Shown piece after piece: positions 37,589 to 47,527 of a DNA stretch of 64,000 nt; position 1 is the first letter of the stretch; every line of letters starts with the position of its first letter. A program made the translations under genes and the position numbers. This stretch comes from Spirochaetia bacterium. Lineage in GTDB: Bacteria > Spirochaetota > Spirochaetia > SZUA-6 > Bin103. Location of the stretch: the NCBI GenBank assembly GCA_965208575.1, contig CBDBOV010000006.1:896001-960000 (forward strand), in the 5' to 3' direction. The notes under the pieces are model-generated. The model had not been told where the DNA came from. It ran no database searches and saw nothing but the letters and a program-made list of their open reading frames with translations.

Positions 37589-38401
37589 ATGGCTTCGATG
37601 AACGGTAGTGCGCCGACACCTTCGCCGCCGGTGGCCCTGGTTACCGGCGGCAGCCGCGGCCTCGGCGCCGGGGTGGCGCTCTCGCTGGCGGCGGCCGGCT
37701 ACTCGGTGGCGATCGGCTACCGTAGCGACGCCGGAGCGGCGGACGCCACCGCGGCGGCGTGCCGCGAGCGGGCTCGGTGTGACCGGCAGCGCTTCCATCC
37801 GGCAAAAGCGGACGTCGCGGTGACGGCAGACCGCGAACGCCTGCTCGCCGCCACCCTGGAGAGGTTCGGCAGCGTGGAGGTGCTGGTGAACAACGCCGGC
37901 ATCGCGCCGCGGCAGCGCGCCGACCTGCTGGAGGCGAGCGAGGAGTCGTTCGCCGAGGTGCTGGCCACCAACCTCACCGGCCCCTACTTCCTTACCCAGG
38001 CGGTCGCCCGCCACTGGCTCTCCCAGCCGGCGGAGGCGGCCCGGCGGCGGGCGGTGATATTCGTCAATTCCATCTCCGCCGCCTACGCCTCGGTGAGCCG
38101 CGGCGAGTACTGCGTGTCCAAGGCGGGGCTGGCGATGGCGCGCGAGCTGTTCGCGGTGCGCCTGGCCGAAGCCGGCATCGGTGTCTACGAGGTGCGCCCC
38201 GGACTGATGGAGACCGACATGACGCGCGCCGTCAAGGCAAAGTACGACGCCCTGATCGCCGAGGGACTGGTGCCGCAGGGCCGCTGGGGCACGCCCGAGG
38301 ACGTGGGCCGCGCGGTGGCGGCGCTGGTCAGTGGCGACTTCGACTTCTCCCAGGGTACGGTAGTGGATGTGGACGGCGGCTTCAGCCTGCTGCGCCTGTG
38401 A
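37589..38401 (+). CDS. SDR oxidoreductase (3-ketoacyl-ACP reductase-like)
   Basis: TGGSRGLG, NNAG, YCVSK and VDGG motifs. Confidence 0.92.
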   Translation: MASMNGSAPTPSPPVALVTGGSRGLGAGVALSLAAAGYSVAIGYRSDAGAADATAAACRERARCDRQRFHPAKADVAVTADRERLLAATLERFGSVEVLVNNAGIAPRQRADLLEASEESFAEVLATNLTGPYFLTQAVARHWLSQPAEAARRRAVIFVNSISAAYASVSRGEYCVSKAGLAMARELFAVRLAEAGIGVYEVRPGLMETDMTRAVKAKYDALIAEGLVPQGRWGTPEDVGRAVAALVSGDFDFSQGTVVDVDGGFSLLRL

Positions 38402-38590
38402 GCAGCCGTGGTCACTCCGCGGTCCGGATAGCCAACTGACCGAGGTTTCACTTGTGCAAGACTTGCGACCAACGACGCAATGGAATCGCCGCCTGGCCGG
38501 CATGTTCGGCCACCGCGGACGGACGAGACCGGCCCGAAGATCCACCGGCAGGATACCGATTCGGGACGCCGGCACCCTTGGTACCGCGCG

Positions 38591-39976
38591 ATGAAAGTTG
38601 ACACCGCACTGCAACCGCGCGACCTCGGCACCGCCGTCGAGTCAGTGTTCGCCCTGGCCAGTGGCAAGATCCGCGACCTGGACGCGAGCTGGGATCCGGC
38701 GCGCGGCGCACCGGTGTTCACGGTCGAGGGCAAGTACACCACGCGCGGCTGGACCGAGTGGACGCAGGGTTTCCAGTACGGGGCGGCGCTGCTCACCTTC
38801 GACGCCACCGGCGACGAGGGCCTGCTGGAGTTGGGCCGCGCCGGCATGCGCCGCGTGATGCCGGCCCACCTCACCCACGTCGGCGTGCACGACCACGGCT
38901 TCAACACCATGAGCACCTACGGCAACCTGCTGCGCCTGGCCCGCGAAGGGCGCTGGCCGGCCACCCCCGGCGACCTCGAGCACCTGCAGTTGGCGATCCG
39001 CGTATCCGGCGCCGTGCAGGCCGCGCGCTGGACCCCGCTGCCCGGCGGCCTGGGCTACATCTGCTCCTTCAATGGCCCGCAGTCGCTGTTCATCGACACC
39101 ATCCGCTCGCTGCGCGTGCTGGCCGCCGCGCACGAGCTAGGCCAGGTGTTGATGGGCGAACGCGACCGCCGCATCTCCCTGCTGCGGCGCCTGCTGCAGC
39201 ACCTGGAAACCACCCTGCGCTACAACGTGTTCTTCGGCGCCGGCCGCGACCACTACGACGTGCCGGGCCGGGTGGTGCACGAGGCGCTGTTCAACGTCAA
39301 CGACGGCTCTTACCGCTGCCCGAGCACGCAACAGGGCTACTCGCCGTTCTCGACCTGGACCCGCGGCCTGGCGTGGGCGATCCTGGGCTGTGCGGAGATG
39401 CTGGAGTACCTCGCCGAGGTACCGGCGGAGGCGGTCGAGGAGGCCGCCGTCCCCGGACTGGCCGCCCACGCCGAAGCGGTGCAGCGGGTGGGCGCCGCGG
39501 CGGCCGCCACCGCCGGGTTCTACCTCGCCAACAGTGCCGCCGACGGCATCCCCTACTGGGACACCGGCGCCCCCGGCCTGGCCGCCCTGGGCGACTGGCG
39601 CGCCGCACCCTCCGACCCGTTCAACGACCACGAGCCGGTCGACAGTTCCGCCGCCGCCATCGCCGCCCAGGGCCTGCTGCGCCTCGCCGGGCTGCCTGAA
39701 GCGGTCCGCCCGCCCGGCGCCGGCCGCCTGCTGGCCGCCGGCCTCACCGTCGCCCGCACCCTGTTCGCGGCGCCCTACCTGGCCACCGACCCGGCGCACC
39801 AGGGCCTGCTGCTGCACACCATCTACCACCGCCCCAACGGCTGGGACCACGTCCCCGAAGGCCGCCGCATCCCGTGCGGCGAGTCATGCCAGTGGGGCGA
39901 CTACCACGCCCTGGAGCTGGCCCTGCTGATCCGCCGCCTCGCCGCCGGCCGCACCCTCCCCTGGCGGGCGGCATAG
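38591..39976 (+). CDS. Glycoside hydrolase family 88-like (unsaturated glucuronyl hydrolase)
   Basis: WTQGF, HDHGF, STWTRGLAW, IPYWD, DSSAAAIAA and WGDY motifs. Confidence 0.85.
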   Translation: MKVDTALQPRDLGTAVESVFALASGKIRDLDASWDPARGAPVFTVEGKYTTRGWTEWTQGFQYGAALLTFDATGDEGLLELGRAGMRRVMPAHLTHVGVHDHGFNTMSTYGNLLRLAREGRWPATPGDLEHLQLAIRVSGAVQAARWTPLPGGLGYICSFNGPQSLFIDTIRSLRVLAAAHELGQVLMGERDRRISLLRRLLQHLETTLRYNVFFGAGRDHYDVPGRVVHEALFNVNDGSYRCPSTQQGYSPFSTWTRGLAWAILGCAEMLEYLAEVPAEAVEEAAVPGLAAHAEAVQRVGAAAAATAGFYLANSAADGIPYWDTGAPGLAALGDWRAAPSDPFNDHEPVDSSAAAIAAQGLLRLAGLPEAVRPPGAGRLLAAGLTVARTLFAAPYLATDPAHQGLLLHTIYHRPNGWDHVPEGRRIPCGESCQWGDYHALELALLIRRLAAGRTLPWRAA

Positions 39977-40000
39977 CAGCCGGTAACGGTGTGCGGCGGG

Positions 40001-40095
40001 TCAGTCTGCCCGCGGCAACCGAGGCAGGTAGTCGAAGTGGCTGTCACGCGTGAACAGCGACAATTCGTGCTGCGCCGCGAGTGCGGCGATCCACT
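40001..40095 (-). pseudogene. C-terminal PIN/VapC fragment
   Basis: WIAALAAQHELSLFTRDSHFDYLPRL. Confidence 0.65.
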
Positions 40096-40179
40096 GCACA
40101 ATGTCCCGTAAGGCCGTCACCTACCACCCCCTGAGGTATCCACTTGGCCTGACCCGTGTGGTAGGCATTGTTTGACTGT

Positions 40180-40386
40180 CTCATGCCTCGCTTGGGGTTC
40201 GGATCGATGATAACGCGCCACGACGACAGGCAGCGCAGTAACCGGTTGGCGGTGACGTTCGGTGACCTCCGGTGACCTGACCGCCGAGTCGTTGACAGGC
40301 GCGCCGCGCCTATGCTAGCGTGCCTCACATGGGGTTCGACGGATGGTCATGAAGGGTCACGATGACAGGCACCGCAGTGACCGGTT
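40180..40386 (+). promoter_or_regulatory. Promoter-repeat region, cassette 5
   Basis: TTGACA(40292)-N18-TAGCGT with extended TG; homologous to 50775-50960 and 54935-55170. Confidence 0.65.
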
Positions 40387-40590
40387 TGTGGCCTTCCGCA
40401 TCCTCCTACGGCGTCGGCACCCCAAAGTAATTCCTTTCGCGGCTCGATACCCGGCCCGCACGTACCCCGGTCAACGCTTCACCCCCGCCCTAGCGGGCGA
40501 CGGCGCATGAATCGGAGCCGCCGTGGGTCGCTAGCCCTTCGACGTATGCCTCTTCCACTCACGACACCTTTCCGGTTTGTGCCGGCGCAC
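40387..40590 (-). mobile_element. 5' fragment (part of domain I) of a group II intron
   Basis: GTGCG 5' end at 40590; closely matches 56963-57166. Confidence 0.85.
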
Positions 40591-40780
40591 AGGAGGTGAA
40601 GATGATACTGAAAGAACCGCACGCGCGCGCGGCGTGAGCCCGGGTGATCCCGCCGACTCACACGCCGCGCGCTGTCAGTGTATTTGGCTCTGACTGGCCG
40701 TCCGTGTAGCGGGCGCGAGAGTAGCCAGGGAGCGCCAATCCGCTACGCAATACTCTCGAAGTAACATTCAAGGAGAAACG
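40591..40780 (+). promoter_or_regulatory. MILKEP leader (uORF 40602-40637, MILKEPHARAA)
   Basis: AGGAGGT, uORF and hairpins. Confidence 0.8.
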
Positions 40781-42589
40781 ATGAAGGTATTCATTGCAAG
40801 GACCTTCGCGGTTGCGTTGGTCCTGATTCTGAGCGCAACCGGCCTCTGGGCTGGCGCTGGCACGGAAGAGGCGCCGGCAGCGGCGATGGAGAAGGAAATC
40901 GTGACCGACCCCACCACCGGCAAGATGGTGACGGCGCCACAGTACGGCGGGACATTGACCTTTCCGTATGCCTTGATAGGCGAAACTACCGACCCCTTTT
41001 TTACTGGCGGCTATGCGGGCATGCTCATAGGCGGTGTCAATCAGAATCTCGCCGTCCCGAACTGGGGTCTGGACAGGAACGAATTCGCCTTTAATGGGCC
41101 TAACGTCCCTCTGTTTACTTGGACAGAGGAGCTGGCGGAAAGCTGGGAGCAACCCGACCCGCTGACCTATATCATCAACGTCCGCCAGGGCGTTCACTAC
41201 GCCCTTGATCCAGACAGTGAGGCCAGCCGCCTGGTAGGTGGTCGAGAGCTAACTGCCGATGATGTCGTATTTAACTTTCACCGTCAGTTGGTGATGGGCG
41301 ATTTCACCGAACCTCCTCAAGAGACCAAACAAGCTTCCTTTCTGCCATGGGAATCGATAGAGGCCACCGACAAATACACGGTTGTTATGAAGTTGACGGA
41401 GCCAAACCTCAATGCGCTGCAGCTTATCATCACCGAAGTTGGGTTCTGGATATTGCCCCCCGAGGTAATCGAGAAATACGGCGACTATACGGACTGGAAG
41501 AACGTGGTCGGCACCGGGCCCATGATGCTGACCGACTACGTCGAAGGCGTCTCCAAAACCTGGACCAAGAATCCTGACTACTGGGGCTACGACGAAAAAT
41601 ACCCGGAGAACCGCTTGCCGTATCTTGACAAGTTAGTGGGCCTGTATATGGCAGAAGAAGCGACCCGTCTATCGGCACTGCGCTCGGGCAAGATTGATAT
41701 GACACGCCTCTCTGGTGCTGAGATACAATCCATCGACGTGGTAAAGAGCCTCCAGCGGACCAATCCCGAACTCGAGGTATGGCCATTTTACCAGCGCTCG
41801 TTGGATGCCATCATACTGAACATTCGCAAGCCGCCCTTTGACGACATCAGAGTACGCCACGCACTGCAGATGGCACTGGACCAGGAGACGATTAACGATA
41901 CCTACTTTGGCGGTTTCGCCGACTGGCACCCTCCTCGCTACATTGGCACCAAGGGGTATTACAACGAATGGGAAGAGTGGCCCGCAGAGCTCAAGGGATA
42001 CTACACCTACGACCCGGAAGGTGCCGAGAGGCTCCTTGATGAGGCAGGATATCCGCGCGACGCGGACGGCGTCCGATTCAAGTTCGAACATCTGCACCGC
42101 GACGTCGGAGATTTGGGCTATGTAGAAATAGTCGCCGGCTACTGGGCTGATATTGGCGTTGATGCATCGATCAGGGTTACCGACTGGGCGACTATAGCCG
42201 CTGCCAAGACAGAACATGACTATGAGTCGATTTATGGCTACATGGCCATAGAGTCCCCGGGCTGGGCCATGGGACATTATGGCGCGGATCTCCTTTGGCG
42301 AAGGGCACACCTGGGGGCCGGAGTCGAGAACCCTGTGCTGGCCGCCGCCCACGCTGCCTATCACGGTGCCACTAGCGTCGATGAGCAGATAAAGGCGGCA
42401 AAAGAGTTTGGTATGGAAGCAATAAAGCAGCACTTTCAGATATGGGGTCCTCTGGCTCCAAGGTATCAGCACAGCCATCCGTGGGTGAAAGGTTTTAACG
42501 GTGAAACCTTGAACACAGTCATGCATGAGCAAAGCGTCCTCGTCCGCCTTTGGATTGATAGTGAGCTGAAGGAATCCATGGGTTATTAG
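40781..42589 (+). CDS. ABC transporter substrate-binding protein, family 5 (cassette 5)
   Basis: Signal peptide and family motifs. Confidence 0.95.
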   Translation: MKVFIARTFAVALVLILSATGLWAGAGTEEAPAAAMEKEIVTDPTTGKMVTAPQYGGTLTFPYALIGETTDPFFTGGYAGMLIGGVNQNLAVPNWGLDRNEFAFNGPNVPLFTWTEELAESWEQPDPLTYIINVRQGVHYALDPDSEASRLVGGRELTADDVVFNFHRQLVMGDFTEPPQETKQASFLPWESIEATDKYTVVMKLTEPNLNALQLIITEVGFWILPPEVIEKYGDYTDWKNVVGTGPMMLTDYVEGVSKTWTKNPDYWGYDEKYPENRLPYLDKLVGLYMAEEATRLSALRSGKIDMTRLSGAEIQSIDVVKSLQRTNPELEVWPFYQRSLDAIILNIRKPPFDDIRVRHALQMALDQETINDTYFGGFADWHPPRYIGTKGYYNEWEEWPAELKGYYTYDPEGAERLLDEAGYPRDADGVRFKFEHLHRDVGDLGYVEIVAGYWADIGVDASIRVTDWATIAAAKTEHDYESIYGYMAIESPGWAMGHYGADLLWRRAHLGAGVENPVLAAAHAAYHGATSVDEQIKAAKEFGMEAIKQHFQIWGPLAPRYQHSHPWVKGFNGETLNTVMHEQSVLVRLWIDSELKESMGY

Positions 42590-42730
42590 AGGGGTTCACT
42601 CCCTGTGGCGTAGCTTGGGGAAAAAGGGAGCTGGGGGGTCAAACCGCCCGGCTCCCTTACCCCTGGAGAGGGCAATGAGATTGCCCCGCCCCGATAGATC
42701 GGGGCTCGCAATGACGGGGAGGAGTGTGCC

Positions 42731-43705
42731 ATGAGAGCCTACATCATCAGGCGGTTATTGCTCTTGATCCCCACCGTGTTTCTATTGAGTATCATAGTCT
42801 TTCTCTCGGTCCGCTTCATTCCCGGCGATGTAATAGACGTAATGTCGGGTAGGTCGTTAACATCTACAGCTTCGGCGGCTGGCGGCAAGATGGACCGTGC
42901 AGCTATTGAGCATTTTCTGGGATTAGACCTGCCTGTCCACGTGCAGTATGGACGCTGGATAGGAAATATCTTCCTGCACGGCACCCTTGGCCAATCACTG
43001 ATGGGCGGTGGTTACAACATAGAGGATAGGATATTTGATAGATTGCCGGTAACCGTTGAGCTTGGCGTCCTGGCAATCGTAATCGGGCTTATGATAGCCC
43101 TGCCCGTCGGCATCTACTCAGCGATTCGCCAGGATACCGCCGCCGACTACGTGGGACGCTCGTTCGCCATCCTCGGCCTGGCAACGCCTAACTTCTGGCT
43201 GGGAATGATGGTCATGATATACCCGGCAATCTGGTGGGGCTGGTCGCCACCGATGACGTGGGTTCCTTTCACCGAAGACCCGCTCGGGAATCTCGGGGTG
43301 TTCATCATTCCCAGCCTGATTCTGGGGACGGCCATGTCTGCGGCCACCATGCGGATGACGCGCACCGTGATGCTGGAGGTGCTCAGGCAGGACTATGTCA
43401 GGACGGCCTGGTCAAAGGGTCTGAAGGAGAGGGTCGTTGTCATGAGACACACCATCAAGAACACCCTCATCCCGGTAGTTACCCTGGTGGGCCTGCAGTT
43501 GCCTCTGCTGGTAGGTGGCTCCGTTATCATGGAGAACATATTCAACCTGCCGGGGTTGGGTGGCCTCATACTGGATTCACTCAAAAACCGAGACTACCCG
43601 GTGGTCTCCGGAATAAACCTGTTTTTCGGCACCGCGGTTATGGGGGCCAATCTAATGATAGACCTGCTTTATCCTTATTTAGACCCCAGGGTCCGTTATA
43701 GGTAA
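42731..43705 (+). CDS. ABC permease, DppB-like (cassette 5)
   Basis: MRAYIIRR...; conserved permease loop. Confidence 0.95.
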   Translation: MRAYIIRRLLLLIPTVFLLSIIVFLSVRFIPGDVIDVMSGRSLTSTASAAGGKMDRAAIEHFLGLDLPVHVQYGRWIGNIFLHGTLGQSLMGGGYNIEDRIFDRLPVTVELGVLAIVIGLMIALPVGIYSAIRQDTAADYVGRSFAILGLATPNFWLGMMVMIYPAIWWGWSPPMTWVPFTEDPLGNLGVFIIPSLILGTAMSAATMRMTRTVMLEVLRQDYVRTAWSKGLKERVVVMRHTIKNTLIPVVTLVGLQLPLLVGGSVIMENIFNLPGLGGLILDSLKNRDYPVVSGINLFFGTAVMGANLMIDLLYPYLDPRVRYR

Positions 43706-43723
43706 AGGGGGAAAATCACGAGT

Positions 43724-44653
43724 ATGAGTAATGTCAGAGGGATACCATCACCAGTAAGTGAGCCAAAGAGACGTACCGGGCTGGCTGATTTCTTTAGCAG
43801 GCTGTGGACGGAGAAGCCACTGGGTACTGCCAGCGGGATTATCATATTGCTCTTGATTCTGGTGGCTATCTTTGCCGATGCTCTGGCTCCTTATCCATAT
43901 GATAAAATAAACCTGGTAGACAGGATGCAGGGCTCATCAGCCCAGTATCTGCTGGGTACCGACCACGTAGGGCGAGACTTCTTGAGCCGCCTTATCCACG
44001 GTGCTCGTCTTTCGATAGTTGTCGGTATGGCGGCGACCAGTCTCAATGTCGTGGTGGCTGTCCTGATAGGCGGCATCTCAGGATTCCTTGGTGGTAAATT
44101 GGACCTGGCTGTGCAGAGATTTGTCGACGCCTGGATGGCTTTCCCGGGACTGCTCCTGTTGTTAACCGTAATGTCCATAGTGGGGCAGGGTCTGTTACAG
44201 ATGATAGTCGTCCTGGGGATAACCGGTGGCATCGTTGGCTCAAGAGTAGTCAGAGGCGCCGTTATTGGTGTAAAAGAGAATGTGTATTTTCAGGCGGCGG
44301 AGGTGATTGGCAGCTCAAAATGGAGAACACTCATCCGACATGTCCTGCCCAATATCATGGCTGTCGCAATCATCATATTCAGCATCAACATCGGGGGGGT
44401 GATTATCAGTGAGGCCTCTCTGAGCTTCCTCGGATTCGGCCTGCCATTGGACATTCCTAGCTGGGGCGGTATGCTCAGCCGGGAAGGACGTCTCTACATG
44501 GAGATGGCGCCATGGCTGGGTCTCTGGCCGGGTCTTTGCCTGACTATTGTCATTTACAGTCTAAACATGTTCGGCGACGCCCTGCGGGACCTCCTCGACC
44601 CGAGGCTGAGGGGCGGTGGTAGTCTCGGCGCCGGAGCCGTCGGGTCGGTCTAA
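43724..44653 (+). CDS. ABC permease, DppC-like (cassette 5)
   Basis: GTDHVGRD and GDALRDLLDPR motifs. Confidence 0.95.
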   Translation: MSNVRGIPSPVSEPKRRTGLADFFSRLWTEKPLGTASGIIILLLILVAIFADALAPYPYDKINLVDRMQGSSAQYLLGTDHVGRDFLSRLIHGARLSIVVGMAATSLNVVVAVLIGGISGFLGGKLDLAVQRFVDAWMAFPGLLLLLTVMSIVGQGLLQMIVVLGITGGIVGSRVVRGAVIGVKENVYFQAAEVIGSSKWRTLIRHVLPNIMAVAIIIFSINIGGVIISEASLSFLGFGLPLDIPSWGGMLSREGRLYMEMAPWLGLWPGLCLTIVIYSLNMFGDALRDLLDPRLRGGGSLGAGAVGSV

Positions 44654-44701
44654 GGAGAGCGCGCCTGCGGCGGCCTGGGAGCCACGCGCCTGCTGTGGGC
44701 C

Positions 44702-44974
44702 GTGCACCCCACCGAGCTGATCCTGGTGCTGGGCGTCTCGGGCGGCGTGGTGACCTCGCGGCTGGTCTGGGGCGCGGTGATCACGGTCAAGGAGCACGAC
44801 TACCTGCAGGCGGCCACGGCCACCGGCAGCACCCGGATGGGAGCACTGGTGCGCCACGTGCTGCCCAACGTGGCGGCGCCGATCATCGTGGTGTTCAGCA
44901 TCAACATCGGCGCCGTGATCGACGCGCTCAGGGAACTGCTCGATCCGAGGTTGCACGGCGGCGCGGTTGCGTAG
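44702..44974 (+). pseudogene. Internally deleted dppC fragment
   Basis: LILVLGVSGG..SRLV.GAV...RHVLPNV...INIGAVI joined directly to DALRELLDPRL. Confidence 0.8.
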
Positions 44975-45028
44975 GCCGGCTGCACGCAGGTCAGGTCAAC
45001 AGCAGCGGCCCGTCGTCTGTCGACCAGT

Positions 45029-46378
45029 TCAGTTGTTCGGCCCTGTCCTGGCGTTCGCCCGGTAGAAGGCCGCTCTGCCCACGCCGCCACGCTCCACGAG
45101 CCCGGCATCCCGCAGCGCTCGGAGTTCGCGCAGCGCCGTATCGCCGCTGACCGCCAGGAAGGTCGCCGCCTCTACCTTGGTCGTGCGCGGACGTTCGGCG
45201 ACGAACTGATACAGTCTGCTCTGACGGGCCGACAGAGGCGACTCGGTGTCCAGCCGCGGCCGAAAGGTGACCACGAAGAAGTTGGATGCCGAAACCTCCA
45301 TCGGAGGGTTGCCGTTCTCCTCCAGCGCCCGCCTGATCCTCGGGATGCCGCTGCCGATGCGTTCCACGTAGCGGGCGCGGAACAGGAGATCGGCCACCAG
45401 ACGATTGCGGCGCACACTGCGCTTGCCCAGGTCTGCCAGCGACAGCCCACTGAACAGGCCGCCGGGGTTCTCGACTTCCAACCGGTCCGCGAAGATGCTG
45501 ACAAAGACGTGCGCGGCATCGTAGTGGTAGTCGCGATGCATGACCGCGTTGGTGATCGCCTCCCGGATGGCGACCGGCGGGTACTCGTACACCTCGCGGC
45601 GTTGCGGGCGAGCGTCCACGAGGTAGGCGGTGCGGATGTTCCTGGTGGTAAAGGCTATCGCACCTTCGATGAGCTCGGGCGGACTGCCGGTTATCTCCTG
45701 CCGATCCAGCACGTTGAGCCGCTCGGTTCCCGCGAAGCGCACGCAGCTAATGTGGCTCTCCTTCACGTAGCGTTGTGGATCCCGTGCGAAGAACAGGACG
45801 CCGCCTTGCCGGAGAGAGATGCCCTCAGCCGCTGGTACCGCCGCGTCGAGACTCGCGAGCAGGTCTTCCGGACGCGCCTGGATGCGGATTTCCGCGGCTT
45901 GCAGGTAGGCACGGTAGCGGTTCTGGTCGAAGTCCCGCGGGTAGCGAAAATGCCGGTTGACGCTCTCGTCGAAATGGTAGTCGCCGGCCTGCAGCACCAG
46001 TCGCCGTATCTCGGCGGTGCTGAGCTTCTGCGTCGTCGCACCCTGCCTCAGGTAGAAGCCTTCCTTGCAGCGATACGGTTTCTGTGCCCCCTCAGCCACC
46101 ACCACTTCCAGCACGCCGCGGCCAGGGTTGGCTACCTCGACCTGAACCGAAGGGTCGCAGTTGCGGGCGATGGCCTGTATCTCGCTGCGAATGCGGTTGG
46201 AGGTGTCGACGCCAACCACCTCGCCGTCATCGTCGACGCCGAGTAGAACCGTGCCGCCCGCGGAGTTCGCGAATGCGACGATCTCACGGTCGAGCCGGGA
46301 CAGCGACTGTCTGAATTCAAGGCGCTGCCCTTCCCCATCGGCCAGGAGGAGGGCGAGACGGCCTGCCGGGTCGATCAT
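45029..46378 (-). CDS. AlbA_2/Schlafen-like + HATPase_c_4 + HTH protein
   Basis: GEGQRLEF, IVAFANSAGG..LLGVDDDG, REAITNAVMHRDY, RRN.LVAD and ERIGSGI motifs. Confidence 0.88.
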   Translation of the reverse strand: MIDPAGRLALLLADGEGQRLEFRQSLSRLDREIVAFANSAGGTVLLGVDDDGEVVGVDTSNRIRSEIQAIARNCDPSVQVEVANPGRGVLEVVVAEGAQKPYRCKEGFYLRQGATTQKLSTAEIRRLVLQAGDYHFDESVNRHFRYPRDFDQNRYRAYLQAAEIRIQARPEDLLASLDAAVPAAEGISLRQGGVLFFARDPQRYVKESHISCVRFAGTERLNVLDRQEITGSPPELIEGAIAFTTRNIRTAYLVDARPQRREVYEYPPVAIREAITNAVMHRDYHYDAAHVFVSIFADRLEVENPGGLFSGLSLADLGKRSVRRNRLVADLLFRARYVERIGSGIPRIRRALEENGNPPMEVSASNFFVVTFRPRLDTESPLSARQSRLYQFVAERPRTTKVEAATFLAVSGDTALRELRALRDAGLVERGGVGRAAFYRANARTGPNN

Positions 46379-46542
46379 CTGAGCCAATGTACCGAAGCAG
46401 ATCCAAGACGTACAGTGTTTGCGGCGCAACTGCGGCGCAACTGCGGCGCATTGCTGTCTAAGACGGCCGCTCAGCTCGATCGACAACGCGCCGTTGACAG
46501 ACGCTGCTTGTCATGCGAACGGTGTAGCCGTACGCTTGTGGC

Positions 46543-46832
46543 GTGATCCTTCGCTCCGTCCGGCACCGAGGGTTGCGTCGCCTGATCGAGGACGACAACC
46601 CCAGGTTTCTGGGTCAGAACCTTGTCGACCGGGTGCGAAAGATCCTGGCCGTGCTCATCCTGGCTGAAGACATCAACCAGTTCGTCGCCACGGCACCGCG
46701 TGGCTGGCATGTTCACCGACTCTCCGGTGACCGAAAGGACGACTGGAGCGTTCGGTCTCCGGCAATTGGCGGATCACGTTTACGGCAGAGGACGGCACAA
46801 TCGACGGCTTGAACCTGGAGGATTACCACTGA
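46543..46832 (+). pseudogene. higB: HigB toxin with a 1-nt frameshift near 46751
   Basis: RHRGLRRL...HRLSGDRKDDWSV, then in another frame VSGNWRITF...LEDYH*. Confidence 0.85.
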
Positions 46833-47137
46833 TGGCTAGCGACGGTATCAACGTGAACATGACCCCGCCGCATCCGGGGGATTTCATCCGTACGGAGGTC
46901 ATCGAAGAGCTTGGACTGAACGTTTCGAAGGCAGCCCTGATTCTCGGTGTCCGTCGGGCGACACTGTCGGCCCTGCTCAATGGCAACGCCTCGCTCTCGC
47001 CGGAAATGGCGCTGCGCATCGAGAAGGCGTTCGATGTCAGCATGGACGTGCTCCTGAAGATGCAGGCATGGCACGACGCCGCCCGGATGCGCGCACGTGC
47101 AAGCGAGATCGCGGTCAGGCGCTACGAGTCAGCCTGA
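46832..47137 (+). CDS. higA: HigA antitoxin
   Basis: PPHPGDFIR...LGV.RATLS.LLNG...SPEMALRIEKAF. Confidence 0.92.
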   Translation: MASDGINVNMTPPHPGDFIRTEVIEELGLNVSKAALILGVRRATLSALLNGNASLSPEMALRIEKAFDVSMDVLLKMQAWHDAARMRARASEIAVRRYESA

Positions 47138-47213
47138 TAAGGAGCGGATAATTCGCACGCCCAGTGCCGGCAACGCGGGGTGCAGGCGTATCTGAACACC
47201 AAAGAACGCGTGG

Positions 47214-47242
47214 TTGACAGACTGCGACGGGCGGTGCATCGT
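47214..47242 (+). promoter_or_regulatory. sigma70-like promoter, cassette 6
   Basis: TTGACA-N17-CATCGT; homologous to 3415-3443. Confidence 0.55.
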
Positions 47243-47527
47243 GGCTTACTCGGGGTCCTGGACTCGTGCAAACGATGCGTGACCATAACACTCAGCGCTA
47301 CCACCAGTTGACGCAACCAGTACCCCCGTCCGGTCCGCGTACGAGGGGGTGCACGTGAAGAGGTAATCCATCCCGCGGCCCGCGATCGACGCCGTGGTCA
47401 ACTCGAAGCTGTCGCCCTCGTCGGAATCGCCTGCGCCGCACACGCGCGGACCGGCACACACGCCACGGGAACAGGCGAGGGAGCGGCACTTGAAGTGCGT
47501 GTTCTCGAAAACAGAGGAGATCAATTC

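Noticed and set aside
40328-40386. tmRNA or tRNA-like start (ggggttcgacgga)
   Set aside because: No acceptor stem, T-arm or CCA end; the sequence is part of the promoter repeat unit.
40640-40780. Known riboswitch (glycine, SAM, TPP, cobalamin, T-box)
   Set aside because: The consensus cores of these classes could not be found by eye. An Rfam scan is still needed.
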